Assembly (NCBI GenBank): GCA_002633005.1
Contig: NMRA01000238.1
Span: forward strand, 124,001 to 188,000
DNA length: 64,000 nucleotides
Source of the DNA: Phoronis australis
Taxonomy: Eukaryota > Animalia > Phoronida
Direction: 5' to 3'
The translations under genes and the position numbers were made by a program. Positions within the stretch are counted from its first letter, which is position 1. Each line of letters starts with the position of its first letter. Under the pieces are notes generated by a model that had not been told where the DNA came from, made no database searches, and worked only from the letters and a program-made list of their open reading frames with translations. Below are positions 27,701-37,479 of this stretch, in pieces.

Positions 27701-30700
27701 AATTCTAGCCAAATAGCAGAAAAGTAAGGAAAAACTGTTATTTCTGATGTTAAATATATCTAGAGATGATGAACTCCAAGCAGAGGGATTATACAACCAT
27801 ATCACACTGCACAAAAACACGTAAAAAGCAGAAAACAACTACGGCACTTCTAACCTAATCAAAATAATAAGGGAACACCACGTTTTTCGCTTCCTAATTT
27901 CCAAGAACTTGAAAAAATGAACACATTTCATTCATGTGAATTCCTGACAATATTATTTATACCATAGGAATTTCTGTCCTATGGTGAGAGGACATGATTC
28001 TGAGAAAAAAATAGTCAAAAACAAAAGTCATAAACTGGATGGTTCATGTAATGGTTCACTGTTTCAGAAAGATGGCTTTAGTTTTAAATGTACAAGTTAC
28101 ATTATACCCATGCTTTCTGTCACAAAACAAGTTTAGATTTAGGCCATCTTCCCTAATAAAACTGGTCTCATTATAATCCTTACTGAGAAGTGATCAATGG
28201 GCTCGGAAAAAATTGACAGCTCTTTATATATTTTCCATATTATACTGAGATTACTTCTCAAAGCTCTATATATATTTTCCATATTATACTGAGATTACTT
28301 CTCAAAGCTCTATATATATGTTCCATATTATACTGAGATTAATTCTCAAAGCTCTATATATTTTCCATATTATACTGGCATTACTTCTCAACTGAGAAAA
28401 GAACAAGATTTTATAATGAACATGTCATTTCGTGTATGAAGACAGTCACAATTGTGATCACACTAGTGACTTCAATCCTTGATATTGGGAAGAGTAAAAA
28501 AATTGTGCCTCTTCCATTAAAACAACTAGATTAATTGTTTCAGGACACACCATTCAATGAGCATGGGCCGTCTCAGACATCTCTTGCGGAAGTTTTTCTA
28601 TGTCCATCTTTACATATTCACTAATTAGAAAAACACCCACAAATTGAGATACTTATCATGTATGGCAAACTTCAGACATCTACAGTTGAACAAGCAAGGA
28701 GACTTAATGAGGCACACACAAATATATATGAGCCAGCAGAGCTATCAGACAACAGACAACAGAAATAACAGGCTGCCATTTTGGGAATATTTGTTAACAT
28801 CAGGTCTTATACAAATGTACACACTAAGGTTTTTTACCCAGCAACTGCTTCAGTTTTGCGTGTTGACAAGGATCACAAAATAAATCATTTTATATACTTA
28901 AAGACCCTGACAACAGGGCCAGTGTCGAAGTTTCCAAGTAGATTATGCAAAGTTTACAACATCATTAAGAAATCAGTAAACTACATAATCCATAATGCCT
29001 TAATGCCTTGGTTCAATCCAAGGCATTATCAATGTCAAATTCAATGCAGCCTCTCATTGGCTCATTGCAAATACTGACATCAAAATAAGCAAATTTTTGA
29101 TTGGTTAACATCTGAACTTTGGGTAAAACCAGGAAATATTCTTGTTAAACATCTAACTCAGCAACGTCTTTTTCATCTCTGAATCAAAAATGTTCTACAA
29201 ATAAACATCCAACTCAGCAGCGTATTTTTTCATCTATGAATCGGGAATGTTCTAAAATGCACAAAGGAAGAGGTGTGTCTCTTGAAGTCCAACTGAAACT
29301 CATTGTGTATTGTAATTAGTCAACACAATTCTATTATAGCACAGCTCAAGTTGTTGTTGGGAAGGGTGCCATTCTACCCTCCAGTCTATTGCAAATGTTG
29401 AGACCCCATGATCGTTGTTTTGATCAGAAGTCTCAGATAAGGGCAGAGGTGATCACACAAGAAATTCCTAGTGTGGTGGTGTTAAATTTGCAACCCCGTT
29501 GTCACCACATGAGGGCACTCCACTCAAAGTGATATTGCGCAAAGTTATGAAACACTAACCCACAGTAGGTATTCAAGATATACAAGTGCCTGTATGGCTC
29601 CAGAATACTTGAGCTGCAGATCCTATCATGTCTCTCTGAGACAGCCACTAATTGTACCCCATCTGTCAACAGGCAAGATGTCAAGTTAGTCTGACCTAGG
29701 ACTGAGTACTACTAGTGTGCTTGTTGTCTAACTTGCAGTAATACTAAATGAGTTCCTTGGTTAAGCCAATGGAAACATATTGGTTCTGGCCACTGGGTAT
29801 TTGGGTGGGTAGTGCGGCATTCTTTTAGGGATCAACTTGGCAACCTGTAGGTGACCTCAGGTTTGGTTTGGCGACATAGTAAAAATCCCAGGTCACTACT
29901 AAGTCGCCACACCACATCTGAGCACGCGCTCAAAATATGACAAGAAAAAAAACGTATGGAAGACAGAATAGTTCGGTAAATATCAGAAGGGTCCGATCGT
30001 GTTCATGTACCCCAGGAGGAGGGCCTAAGTATGGGGTATTGGACCCAAAAGCAGGGAATTAGTCACCAGCGAGCATAAGGGATGCTCCTCAATTTCCATT
30101 CAAGAAAAAAAGCTAAACAGGTGATCTCCGGTTCACCAAAGGCAGAATTTGACACCTTTTCACCTGAGGCATCTTGTTTCATTAAACAGGGTTTGGCAAC
30201 CTCAGAACAAGTTTAGCGACCTAGGAATTTTGACACGTCGCATTTGCCAAATTGACGTATATACTAAGCATATGGCCTTACAGTTGGTTGTTTTTTTAAT
30301 TCATTTGAGACGAACAAAAATGATGCAGGAATTGTTTTTTACTCAATGTTTGTAAAACCTTGCTCACCCTTCTTCATGTGTCTTTGAGCAACTTTTCAAA
30401 AAAAAAAAACAAATTGAAATTGATTGGACATTTTTTAAGTCTGTAAGCAGAGGACCTACTTTGCCGTTTTTGGCTTTAAATAGAACAGACAAAAATAGTT
30501 CTCAAAGATGTAACTGCGCATGTCTTGAACATGAAAATAGGTCCAGTGCCTCTAGTCAACAGGATTTATGATAAAATGAGAACTGCTTACCCTGGAAGTT
30601 TAAGTTAATGGTGGCATTGCCTTCTCCGAGAGCATTTTTGGCAGTCACGCGATAGGTGCCCTGATCGTCTTGGCTGACTCCAGTCATCTCTAAGGAGCAT

Positions 30701-33700
30701 TTATACTGCCCAGGTCCTGATGAATTGATCTGGATCAAGTAACGGCCTGAGAATATAAATTGAAAAAAATTAAAAGGCGCCAGTCATAGTAATCACACCA
30801 TAAGGATGAAAAAATGTTGCAACAAAGCACATTCCACAATTTTGCTTGGATTGAAGCCACTTTTTTAAAGCCTTGGTATGCTACTAACTCCACCTAGGGT
30901 TCAGTCATGAAACCACCTTATTTTCATGCAAGCAGTTGGTGTATTACATTAAAATTTAGTATTTTTACAGAAGGCGTTATAACAGATAGACTCTAAAGAT
31001 GGGACGTCAATTCAGTTCCAAAATGACAGCCAGGATACAATGTCCTGTACCAGTGCAACCTGACCATTCACGAATACAACATCCCATCTAAAATGAACAA
31101 ATGGTCTCTGATATGAACAAGTGGTATCTAAAATGAACAAGTGGTGTCTAAAATGGACAAGTGATGTCTAAAATGAACAAATGATGCCAAAAATAGACAC
31201 GTCAAGTGGTATCTAAAATGAGCAAGTGGTGTCCAAAATGGACAAGTGATGTCTAAAATGTGCATGTGATGTCTCCATGATAGCAAGTAGCAGCATATGT
31301 TCATAAAAACAACGATGGATTTAAAACAACTTGACATGTTTCAGCGTTTATTAAAACACCACCCTCAGAAGCAAATCCATGGTTGCCATAAATGCAGGTG
31401 ATGTTAAGAATAAACAAGTGCTGTCTAAAATGGACAAGTGATGTCTAAAATGGACAAATGGTGTCTAAAATGAACAAGGGGATCTTAAACGGACAAGTGA
31501 TGTGTAAAATGGACAAGTGAGGTCTAAAATGGATAAATGATCTCTAAAATGAACAATTGGAGTCTAAAATGGACAAGGGATGTCTAAAATGAACAAATGT
31601 GTCAAAATAACAATTTATTCTGAAAATGGGAAATGTCCACTTTGCATAATTCATGTTCCTCCAATTCCACACTTTGAGTAACAAATTCAGTTAAAGCTTC
31701 AGACAGCTGTTCAAAGTCTATGTCAAGTTGTTAATCTGACCATCAATAATCCTGCACCAAATTACACTGTTGTGGTATTTCTGGGCTAATTGGCTATTAG
31801 GGCCAGGCACAGTGTTGTGTGTTTTGACAATGGCAGTTGACTGTGTACAGGTCAAGAGAATGTCCTGTTATTGCTTTAAGTGCAGGTGGGGCCAACAAAC
31901 ACTGTAGTTCAGCAGATCTTGCGCTGGCCCCACTGAGCTCAGGACAGTATTAACCTTGAGGTCAAAGCAAACATAAGTGCCCAGTACACCCGCAACATCC
32001 AAGATGTTGCTTTTCTGTTTTCAGAACTGGAGTCAAGTCCTTTTTCCTGTTAATGATACCAGAGGCAATTTCTAATTTTTCTTTCATAATAACAGGAAGC
32101 CCACATTGGATTGTGACAGGGTTGGTCACTATATAAGTATTCTCATTGTACTTGGATAGATAGGACTGCAGAGAGCGGTACATGGAAAAGTAGACTGGAA
32201 TAAATGTGACTATGGTATAACCACACTTAAGTTCAAATTCAACATGCTCAGAGGAGTTGACACGTGCTCAATAAGAAAAACAATCTTTCTCCACAGTAGC
32301 TTTTCAGCTCCATAGCTGACTATGGGTGCATGGTTCTATTGAACAACTTTGAACTATGCCCCACAAACCTCTATGCTCAAAATGGTAGATATGTGGCCTG
32401 TGGTCAAACAACCAGTATGTTAAGACTATGTCAATAGTAAGTTTAATTGGGCTCACCTCCAGAAAGAATGGGATTGTCTCCTTTGAACCATTTGATGTCT
32501 GGCTCTGGCTGGGCAGACAGCAGGCATTCAAACACCAGTCTCTTACCACCATCCTCCTGCCGAATGGTGGGCTTTTGGGTGAAGGAAGGCGCAACGCCAT
32601 CAGGTCTGCAATAACAGCAAGCAAGAAGATACATTGAAGATGTAACGCTCATTCTAATACTTCTCAACCTTCTAACAATACAATAAAATTCTCCAATTTG
32701 GGACAGTAAAATTTGATTATTTTACTCGAGGTTGGAGTTTGTCCCAAATTCTAGAAGGTGTCAATATTGGCTGTCCTAAATTCAAGAATCACTATGAAAA
32801 TTGAACACAGTCTGAAATTTGAGAAATATGGTGAACAACAAATTACCCAAAATTACAGAATGAAGAAAGTTCAATTTTTGCGAGAGTTTCGGTGTCCCAA
32901 ATTCTAGAGACTATCTTAAATTGGAGATTTTTTACTGTAACAAGAACGACACAGAGTGTTGACATGCACCCTGCATGTGCTTGCATATAACAGGTACAAG
33001 GGATGATCATTGTTTTAAATATTCCCCTTAACGAAGCAGTTCTAGTAACTAAAATAGCTTGTAGGGGGTGCAAAGCAAGTCGGCAATGCTCTCCTCAATA
33101 GGAAAGCACTTGCCACCCTTCAAGGCTTCATCATGATTCTTCACACAGTTTGGAGGATAGGGAGGCAGGCAACAAAGAACTTAACAAACACAATAAAGAG
33201 GCCACTAGGGGGCGCAACGAAGATCAAATCCTTCTGAAACTGAGTTTGTGTAATTTACTTGACATTGATAGTAACTTATCTGAGTAAAGAAACTTGATAG
33301 ATATCAAGACAAGCACAAAGAAAAACAAAATTGGCACTAGAAGACTGCACACCAGTCGGATTTGACTCAAAACCCACATAAGTTCTACTCTTCTTTCCAT
33401 GAACTTAGTAGATATTGAGCCACAAGCAAAAGTTGACAAAGTAGTCACACCAGTTCGAAAATCATTGCTGGCCATACACTTCTCGCAATAAACAAACATG
33501 CCAGTTTTCATAATGATCCTTAGAGTGGTTTAGCGGAAAGAGAACCAGATGCCAAAAACAATTATACAAATGGCCATTTGGTGGCAACACTGAGTCACAT
33601 CCATCCGAAAATGGGAACGTGTTATCACACGTTTAACAGAAACCTATTCGTCAAATATACAGAGGAAAATGTAAAAGAATTGCCACTAGGGGGCACAACA

Positions 33701-36700
33701 GTAGTCAGATAGGTTCGAAAGTCATCGTCACCTGGAGTCACATTCATGGCAATACTTTTGTAATATTTCACAAAGATTCTGCAAGGGTTTAAAAATGCCA
33801 CTAGGGGGCTCCACTGCAGTCAAAGCTGTGCAAAAATATTGTCAGCCATACCCATCCAAGTAGCAACACACATCATTAGGAGTAGGATATGACAATTCTA
33901 AAAACCATTCTTCGAGTGGTTTGGTCAACAGAGAGGCAGATGCCAAAAAAACAAAAACAATAAAAATGGCCATTAGGTGGCACGAAATATGTCAAATCCA
34001 TCTGAAAATCGCAAAGTGATATCATCTTCCTAATATACCCATTTGCCAAATTTAATGAAAATCCATTAGGGAAATCAAAGATAAAGAGGCAAACATAAAG
34101 AATAATAAATTGCCACTAGGGGACACAGCGGTAGTCAGACATATCGAAAAGTCCTGGTCAGCCATTGTCATCAGCTTCATAAGAACACATCTCATTAGAT
34201 CCTGCAAGGCATTTACGAGGTACAGCAGCCAACCAAGACAACCAATGGACACACAGACAAATACGATGGCAATATTCATCAACGTATGTATATATGCCGG
34301 GTATGTGTAGGAATATAAAAAACTTTTTGTATGTTATTCCGTTATAATGTATGATAAAAATTCTTCAATTTGGGATTAATGATAAATGCCGAAATAACCA
34401 GGTTACTTGACAGATACAACATCAAATATTGTGTCCCAGTCTACACTACAGAATGGAGTAATAACATCATCTTGGCTATTCTAAACACCATACTGGAACT
34501 AAAATAGAAAAAAGGTCTATTATAAAATGGTGACAAGGTCTGCGTCAGTGCTGAACACTACACTCAACACAGCATACACAGTGACTAATACTGAAGATAT
34601 TTTTCTGTGGTGCAGTGGTATTTATTTAAAGAAGATGAGTTGAGCCCTGTGCCCTTGATAAGAGGGACAGTTTTCCTTTCATTTCTATGTGATCTTGTTT
34701 CGTACCACAAATCCCCACATAGAAAGAATGGATTAATGTCAGTCTCAGTTTGGAAACCAGTCAAGTAATGCCAGTCTACACAGGCAGACAGGCTTCTATA
34801 TATGGTAGAAAGGTAGAGTGAGACTGATTTATTGGTAAACACATCAGCTGAAGCCCTGAGGTCAAACCAAAACATAAACACTGGGCTCTTACTCATTCAC
34901 AGCTCATGTCTGGCCTACACACAGCAACTTGTTCTTCTTTGGTAGCAAAGTTGTTGAAACATATCTGTCTTTTAATTTACTTATGGTTTGAAATTAATCT
35001 TTGAAGAATGAATATGAGTTCGTTCTCAGTTTGTGTATAAAAGAGTACACCTGGACTACTAAATTTGAAACAAAAAACACTTTCTTAGCACACACATACC
35101 TTTGACTTCCACCTGAACCTAAAACGAAAAATAAAAACAATTAATGCCAATATACAAAACCTTCAGACATTACACTGGAGCTTTTCTATTGTTTTCACAT
35201 TACGACACATTAGACCTTTGTACAGGATAACCCTATATGCTGATTATGAATGAGGAACTCAACCATTGGTGTTATTTACATAGCTATGGCAGCTGCTTCA
35301 GTTTTTCGCATTAAGAATGCAGGATGAGGCTTTCATGGGCGATTTAATATTCACAGGGTGTTATGACCACACTTGTCTCTGAATTCAGAGAATGGAAAGT
35401 TTCAACTGATTCACAAATTTAACTAACATACCACCAGACTGCTTGCATTTTTCAAGTGGATCCACGGTTTTACTAGTGCCAGCAAGTGAATTTTGAAGTA
35501 CTCAATGCCTACTGAGTGAGCAGACTATAACATTTTCCCATACAGTGTGCTTACTTAGTCCTTCCATCCAAAAACTTAAAATATGTCAAGTAACATATAA
35601 TTACTGTAATTCTTCTTTGAAATTAAGAACAACACCAGATGGTAGAAAACAAATTTCATTTTATCTTATTAATACTGACATGGACTAGTAATAAAGTCTT
35701 TAGTCTTTTTCTTCAGTGACACTTTCCGTAATAAACATCTGCAGCTGTCAAAAACCAACGCCTTCCATGTCAGACGATATTACGTGTGGTTGCGGTAGGG
35801 AATTTAGGATACCCACCCATTTAGAGAGTGGACTCGAAAAAAGGCACCTATTAGTAGGCAGCTTCCATCGTATTGTAGAGTTGTTGTGATACATGACTTC
35901 CGGGTGTGACATCAAGCCACATAAGAATAATGCCTCTCTAAGTCGCTTGCCAAGTGGCAATTGCCTCTTGGCTGAACAGTTTAGATGCTTGGCTCTCACA
36001 CACGCAACCCTGGTTCAAGTCCTGATGTAAGAGAAATTTTCTGTGTCATAATATGTTCAGTAATCATCATCTTTCAAGTGGATGTGAAGTCATGTATCTC
36101 CTGGCACGAGCAAAATAAAAATAGCCAGATGCCAATTTGGGCAACAGAACGAAGGATTGTCTGGAAAAAAAGTTTGATTTCAGGAGTATTTGTTCAAGCT
36201 GGGAAGAGTAAAAGACATCAACGGCTTCCTACGATACCCCCTCGTCTTAGGCAAAAGTTTTACTTGTTATAGCTGCATGACTATGATGGTTTAATGAAGT
36301 GCGAGGCAAAATTCGCCAAAAAGCTTCTGGCATATGGAGGGCACTTGAGTTGTCCACCATCTGTGCCCAGTTGAGACGGTGGTACTGTCTAGCCTGGGAT
36401 TTGTTCAGTTCATAAAATAAAGTTCATGATCCAAAAGTAAAGGACGAAGTCGGTCAAACCTAACAATGCGCCAACAACTAGTAAGGATCGATACCACGAT
36501 CGTTTGTTGTGTTTGGAAGAAGAAGAAATCTAAGGTTGCTAACCTACGAACAGATGTTGATAAAGCTTCTGAATACTTCCGGATATGAGCGACGTTTTCT
36601 GTTAAATGCAAAGCATAAACAATGATAAAGAACTCGGGTAGCTTGAGCACTTCTACACATGCCAAGTACATTTTTCAAGCTCCCGCCATATTGTACCTAA

Positions 36701-37461
36701 AGCGCCATCTGTGGCAACCTTTGGCTACACATAACCGCGAATCAACGCCACCTGTGATGTCACGGTAGGACTCGGTCTAATTTGAGGGTCTACCGAGTCC
36801 TACTGGGTAGCACTGAAAAGATCGTGTAACATGGTATCCCATTGATGAACAGAGCGACATAACATTCGGTGATTCTAACTGGTTGATCTTGAGACAGAAA
36901 CGTAAAATTTTTGGTTTTCATAATGAAAATTTACTGCACAAAGTGTTTTCATTTACTTTTGATATCGAAAAAACGCACTAACAGCAACCTGGTTTCTAAC
37001 GCAATGACTAGGCAATGATACTTAATTATCCTCACTGTAAACAAATGATGAGCAATTTGACCGATGGTTTGCTAGACTTCGGAGCGCGTACCAACGCAGC
37101 GGGTTGACAACAGGGTTTATTTAGATACCGACAGTTGCTTAATTGACAGGACTAAATATATCTACTTACTTGAAAAATTTAAATTAATTGACGCCGACAC
37201 CTCTCCTCTTTCATTCTTTGCTACAACTTTATATGTGCCAGTGTCATCTTGCGAAACTTGTTTCACTTCCAACTCAATGCTATATCTATCCTTTCCAGCA
37301 TCGCCAACATTCATGTGAACACGGTCGGAGTCATATAAACGACTTGTCCCTCGAAACCAAGTTATTTCTGGTTTGGGAGATGCCTCCACTTGGCAGGAAA
37401 ATACGAGATCGTTGCCATTTTGTTTGATGGATGGTTTCACTATAAATTTTGGTGCCGCCAT
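1251..37461 (-). CDS. unc-22: Twitchin/projectin-like giant muscle protein, 5' part (14 coding exons, Ig1-Ig7 plus PEVK-like linker; continues beyond position 1)
   Basis: Hand-spliced join: 37461-37170, 35118-35100, 32605-32457, 30746-30591, 21100-20792, 15673-15655, 9105-8895, 7227-7137, 6410-6181, 5308-5211, 4608-4230, 3614-3475, 2957-2854, 1721-1251. All junctions are GT-AG with matching phases; total 2668 nt. The Ig motifs APxFxxKPSIRQ...EC...P.P.I.W...D.G.YKV.AKN..GE..A.I.LNF resemble, from memory, the N-terminal Ig domains of nematode UNC-22 and insect projectin. Confidence 0.9.
1282..1476 (-). repeat. Coding 15-bp tandem repeat, 13 units of KK(D/V)EP
   Basis: Translation KKDEP KKDEL KKDEP KKVEP..., followed by degenerate KKPEV KKEPE. 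Confidence 0.95.
2854..2957 (-). CDS. unc-22: Ig7 C-part exon (LSIPEVFPEDTGKYSVEAANDFGEVICSAEVTVK)
   Basis: tttttgtag acceptor, G|gtaag donor, 104 nt, phase 2-1. Missing from the ORF track. Confidence 0.9.
3040..3457. mobile_element. Diverged copy of the 13838-14238 MITE
   Basis: Colinear similarity (gtagctcaaaatttggggtcatcaagtgcaaacttgaa; ttttgagttcgatttcaagtacaaa...gaccctg). Confidence 0.65.
3475..3614 (-). CDS. unc-22: Ig7 middle exon (TVNDGEPLELMAKVKGTAPIDIAWFKN...GVAR)
   Basis: ctaacag acceptor, AG|gtcag donor, 140 nt, phase 0-2. Confidence 0.88.
4230..4608 (-). CDS. unc-22: Ig6 plus start of Ig7 exon (PAEAAPRIDGKPSIRLEDGK...EEPSFTQKLSPK)
   Basis: ttttcaag acceptor (AAG, phase 2), AAG|gtctgt donor (phase 0), 379 nt. 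Confidence 0.85.
5211..5308 (-). CDS. unc-22: Ig5 C-part exon (NFTIDDGGVYKIVAKNDLGEGTANITLNLEQM)
   Basis: ttccag acceptor, AT|gtacgt donor, 98 nt, phase 0-2. Confidence 0.85.
6181..6410 (-). CDS. unc-22: Ig5 N-part exon (GKTPPKPQGVAPSFKEKPNVRQ...WILTLVIS)
   Basis: ttcacttcag acceptor, TCA|gtatgt donor, 230 nt, phase 1-0. Confidence 0.9.
7137..7227 (-). CDS. unc-22: Ig4 C-part exon (EPQLTDGGQYKCHARNELGEGNANIALNLQG)
   Basis: ttatag acceptor, G|gtaag donor, 91 nt, phase 0-1. Confidence 0.88.
7590..8500 (+). mobile_element. Same HINE-type repeat family
   Basis: aaaatggctactaggtggcac and gccactaggtggtgcag motifs, a ggacgacggacag microsatellite remnant near the end, and an internal 30-bp duplication at 7951-8010. 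Confidence 0.55.
8895..9105 (-). CDS. unc-22: Ig4 N-part exon (IPGGKPPSFKAKPSIRQEN...YLLTLQIK)
   Basis: ttttag acceptor (phase 2), AAG|gtgag donor (phase 0), 211 nt. Confidence 0.9.
9841..10486. mobile_element. Non-autonomous DNA transposon (hAT-like ends) with subterminal GGCGACC/GGTCGCC repeats
   Basis: Ends CAGCACTTGA...TCAAGCGCTG, with clustered ttggc(g/a)acct motifs at both ends. No clear target-site duplication. Confidence 0.55.
11550..12300 (+). mobile_element. Same HINE-type repeat family
   Basis: ccaaacttcatgaagatcc, ccactaggtggcac and cggacatacgtacgtacgtac motifs. Confidence 0.5.
13838..14238. mobile_element. MITE with ~40-bp terminal inverted repeats and CTG target-site duplication (PIF/Harbinger-like)
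   Basis: CTG|GGCCCGGTCTCCAATCTTTTTACTCGAAA ... TTTCGAGTACAAAGATTAGAGACCAGGCC|CTG. Confidence 0.8.
15655..15673 (-). CDS. unc-22: 19-nt microexon, Ig3-Ig4 linker (GAGSQKK)
   Basis: ttttttatattttcag|GTGCTGGAAGTCAGAAAAA|gtaagt. Converts phase 1 to phase 2 as required. Confidence 0.87.
16602..16610 (-). CDS. Candidate 9-nt cassette microexon (adds AGH to the Ig3-Ig4 linker)
   Basis: atttattttcattttaaatgatcccccttcag|CTGGTCATG|gtaagg in a phase-1 intron. Frame-preserving, but not required for the ORF. Confidence 0.45.
16700..17300 (+). mobile_element. Related HINE-type repeat, different subfamily
   Basis: aaaatggccgcc, cataccaaatttcag...gatccatcaag and aaaatggctgcc motifs. Confidence 0.4.
18123..18280. 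repeat. 29-bp palindrome abutting a 57-bp-arm inverted repeat
   Basis: Arms 18123-18136/18138-18151 are perfect. Arms 18152-18208/18224-18280 have 2 mismatches and a 15-nt loop. Confidence 0.95.
18680..19330 (-). mobile_element. Decayed L2/CR1-group LINE 3' fragment with (ATT)n tail
   Basis: Minus-strand frames give DNIMSMVDHV...HLKNIGTIRK...AKLVH and LDYCNSIYQGLP, typical of the L2 ORF2 C-terminus. (TAA)n on the plus strand at ~18678-18712, and an internal ~57-bp duplication at ~19210-19325. Confidence 0.7.
20792..21100 (-). CDS. unc-22: Ig3 exon (MAAPKGSAPKFTGKPSIRQEPG...GESNANIALNFE)
   Basis: tttgcag acceptor, G|gtgagt donor, 309 nt, phase 1-1. Complete Ig domain. Confidence 0.92.
27205..27530 (-). 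promoter_or_regulatory. Candidate internal promoter and alternative non-coding first exon (~27380-27205)
   Basis: Perfect donor AAG|gtaagt at 27204. TATA-like AATAAAAAG at 27412-27404, about 30 nt before an Inr-like AGTC at 27380. Three CCAAT boxes (27453, 27472, 27526), an E-box CACCTG and a MEF2-like CTATTTAAAG. Locally CpG-rich, with no upstream ATG in the exon. Confidence 0.55.
28218..28391. repeat. Minisatellite, ~4 units of 42-46 bp
   Basis: Repeated agctctatatattttccatattatactgagattacttctcaa. Confidence 0.9.
29830..30260. mobile_element. Second, decayed copy of the 9841-10486 family
   Basis: ttggcaacctgtaggtgacctcaggtttggtttggcgac...aagtcgccac and gtttggcaacctcag motifs. Confidence 0.5.
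30591..30746 (-). CDS. unc-22: Ig2 C-half exon (GRYLIQINSSGPGQYKCSLEM...GEGNATINLNFQG)
   Basis: ttctcag acceptor, G|gtaag donor, 156 nt, phase 1-1. Confidence 0.9.
31087..31600. repeat. 20-bp minisatellite in two blocks (~31087-31275 and ~31410-31600)
   Basis: Consensus tctaaaatg(g/a)acaagtg(a/g)tg. Confidence 0.9.
32457..32605 (-). CDS. unc-22: Ig2 N-half exon (PDGVAPSFTQKPTIRQEDGGKRLVFECLLSAQPEPDIKWFKG)
   Basis: tattgcag acceptor (phase 2), G|gtgag donor (phase 1), 149 nt. Confidence 0.9.
32704..32937. mobile_element. Probable Tc1/mariner-type MITE remnant
   Basis: CAGTAAAA...TTTTACTG|TA ends and an internal repeated gtcccaaattctaga. Confidence 0.45.
33050..34320 (+). mobile_element. Same HINE-type repeat family, longest copy
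   Basis: At least six gcca(c/t)t(a/t)g(g/t)(g/t)g-type motifs and ggacacacagaca near the end. Its start matches a short copy at ~24080-24330. Confidence 0.6.
35100..35118 (-). CDS. unc-22: 19-nt microexon, Ig1-Ig2 linker (SSGGSQR)
   Basis: ttttcgttttag|GTTCAGGTGGAAGTCAAAG|gtatgt. Converts phase 1 to phase 2, exactly as the flanking exons require. Confidence 0.85.
35966..36035 (+). mobile_element. tRNA-derived SINE head remnant
   Basis: A-box-like TGGCTGAACAGT at 35969 and B-box GGTTCAAGTCC at 36012-36022. No intact cloverleaf seen. Confidence 0.35.
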
Positions 37462-37479
37462 TACTGTTCCATCAGGTAT
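37170..37479 (-). CDS. unc-22: First coding exon, Ig1 (MAAPKFIVKPSIKQ...EVSASINLNFS); ATG at 37461, preceded by 18 nt
   Basis: Acceptor tttacag at 37480, Kozak-like gtaATGG, donor A|gtaagt at 37169 (phase 1). Encodes a complete I-set Ig domain. Confidence 0.9.

Noticed and set aside
28218-31600. Regular short repeats as a CRISPR array
   Set aside because: Units are head-to-tail without unique spacers, lie in eukaryotic introns, and there are no cas genes.
35966-36035. tRNA gene
   Set aside because: Only A/B-box-like motifs are visible, with no convincing acceptor or anticodon stems. A SINE remnant is more likely.
37462-37479. In-frame IPDGTV before the ATG as evidence of more upstream coding exons
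   Set aside because: I found no further Ig-like exon in 37.5-64 kb, and the best upstream exon candidate has an in-frame stop. The ATG has good context. Upstream coding exons beyond the window are not excluded.
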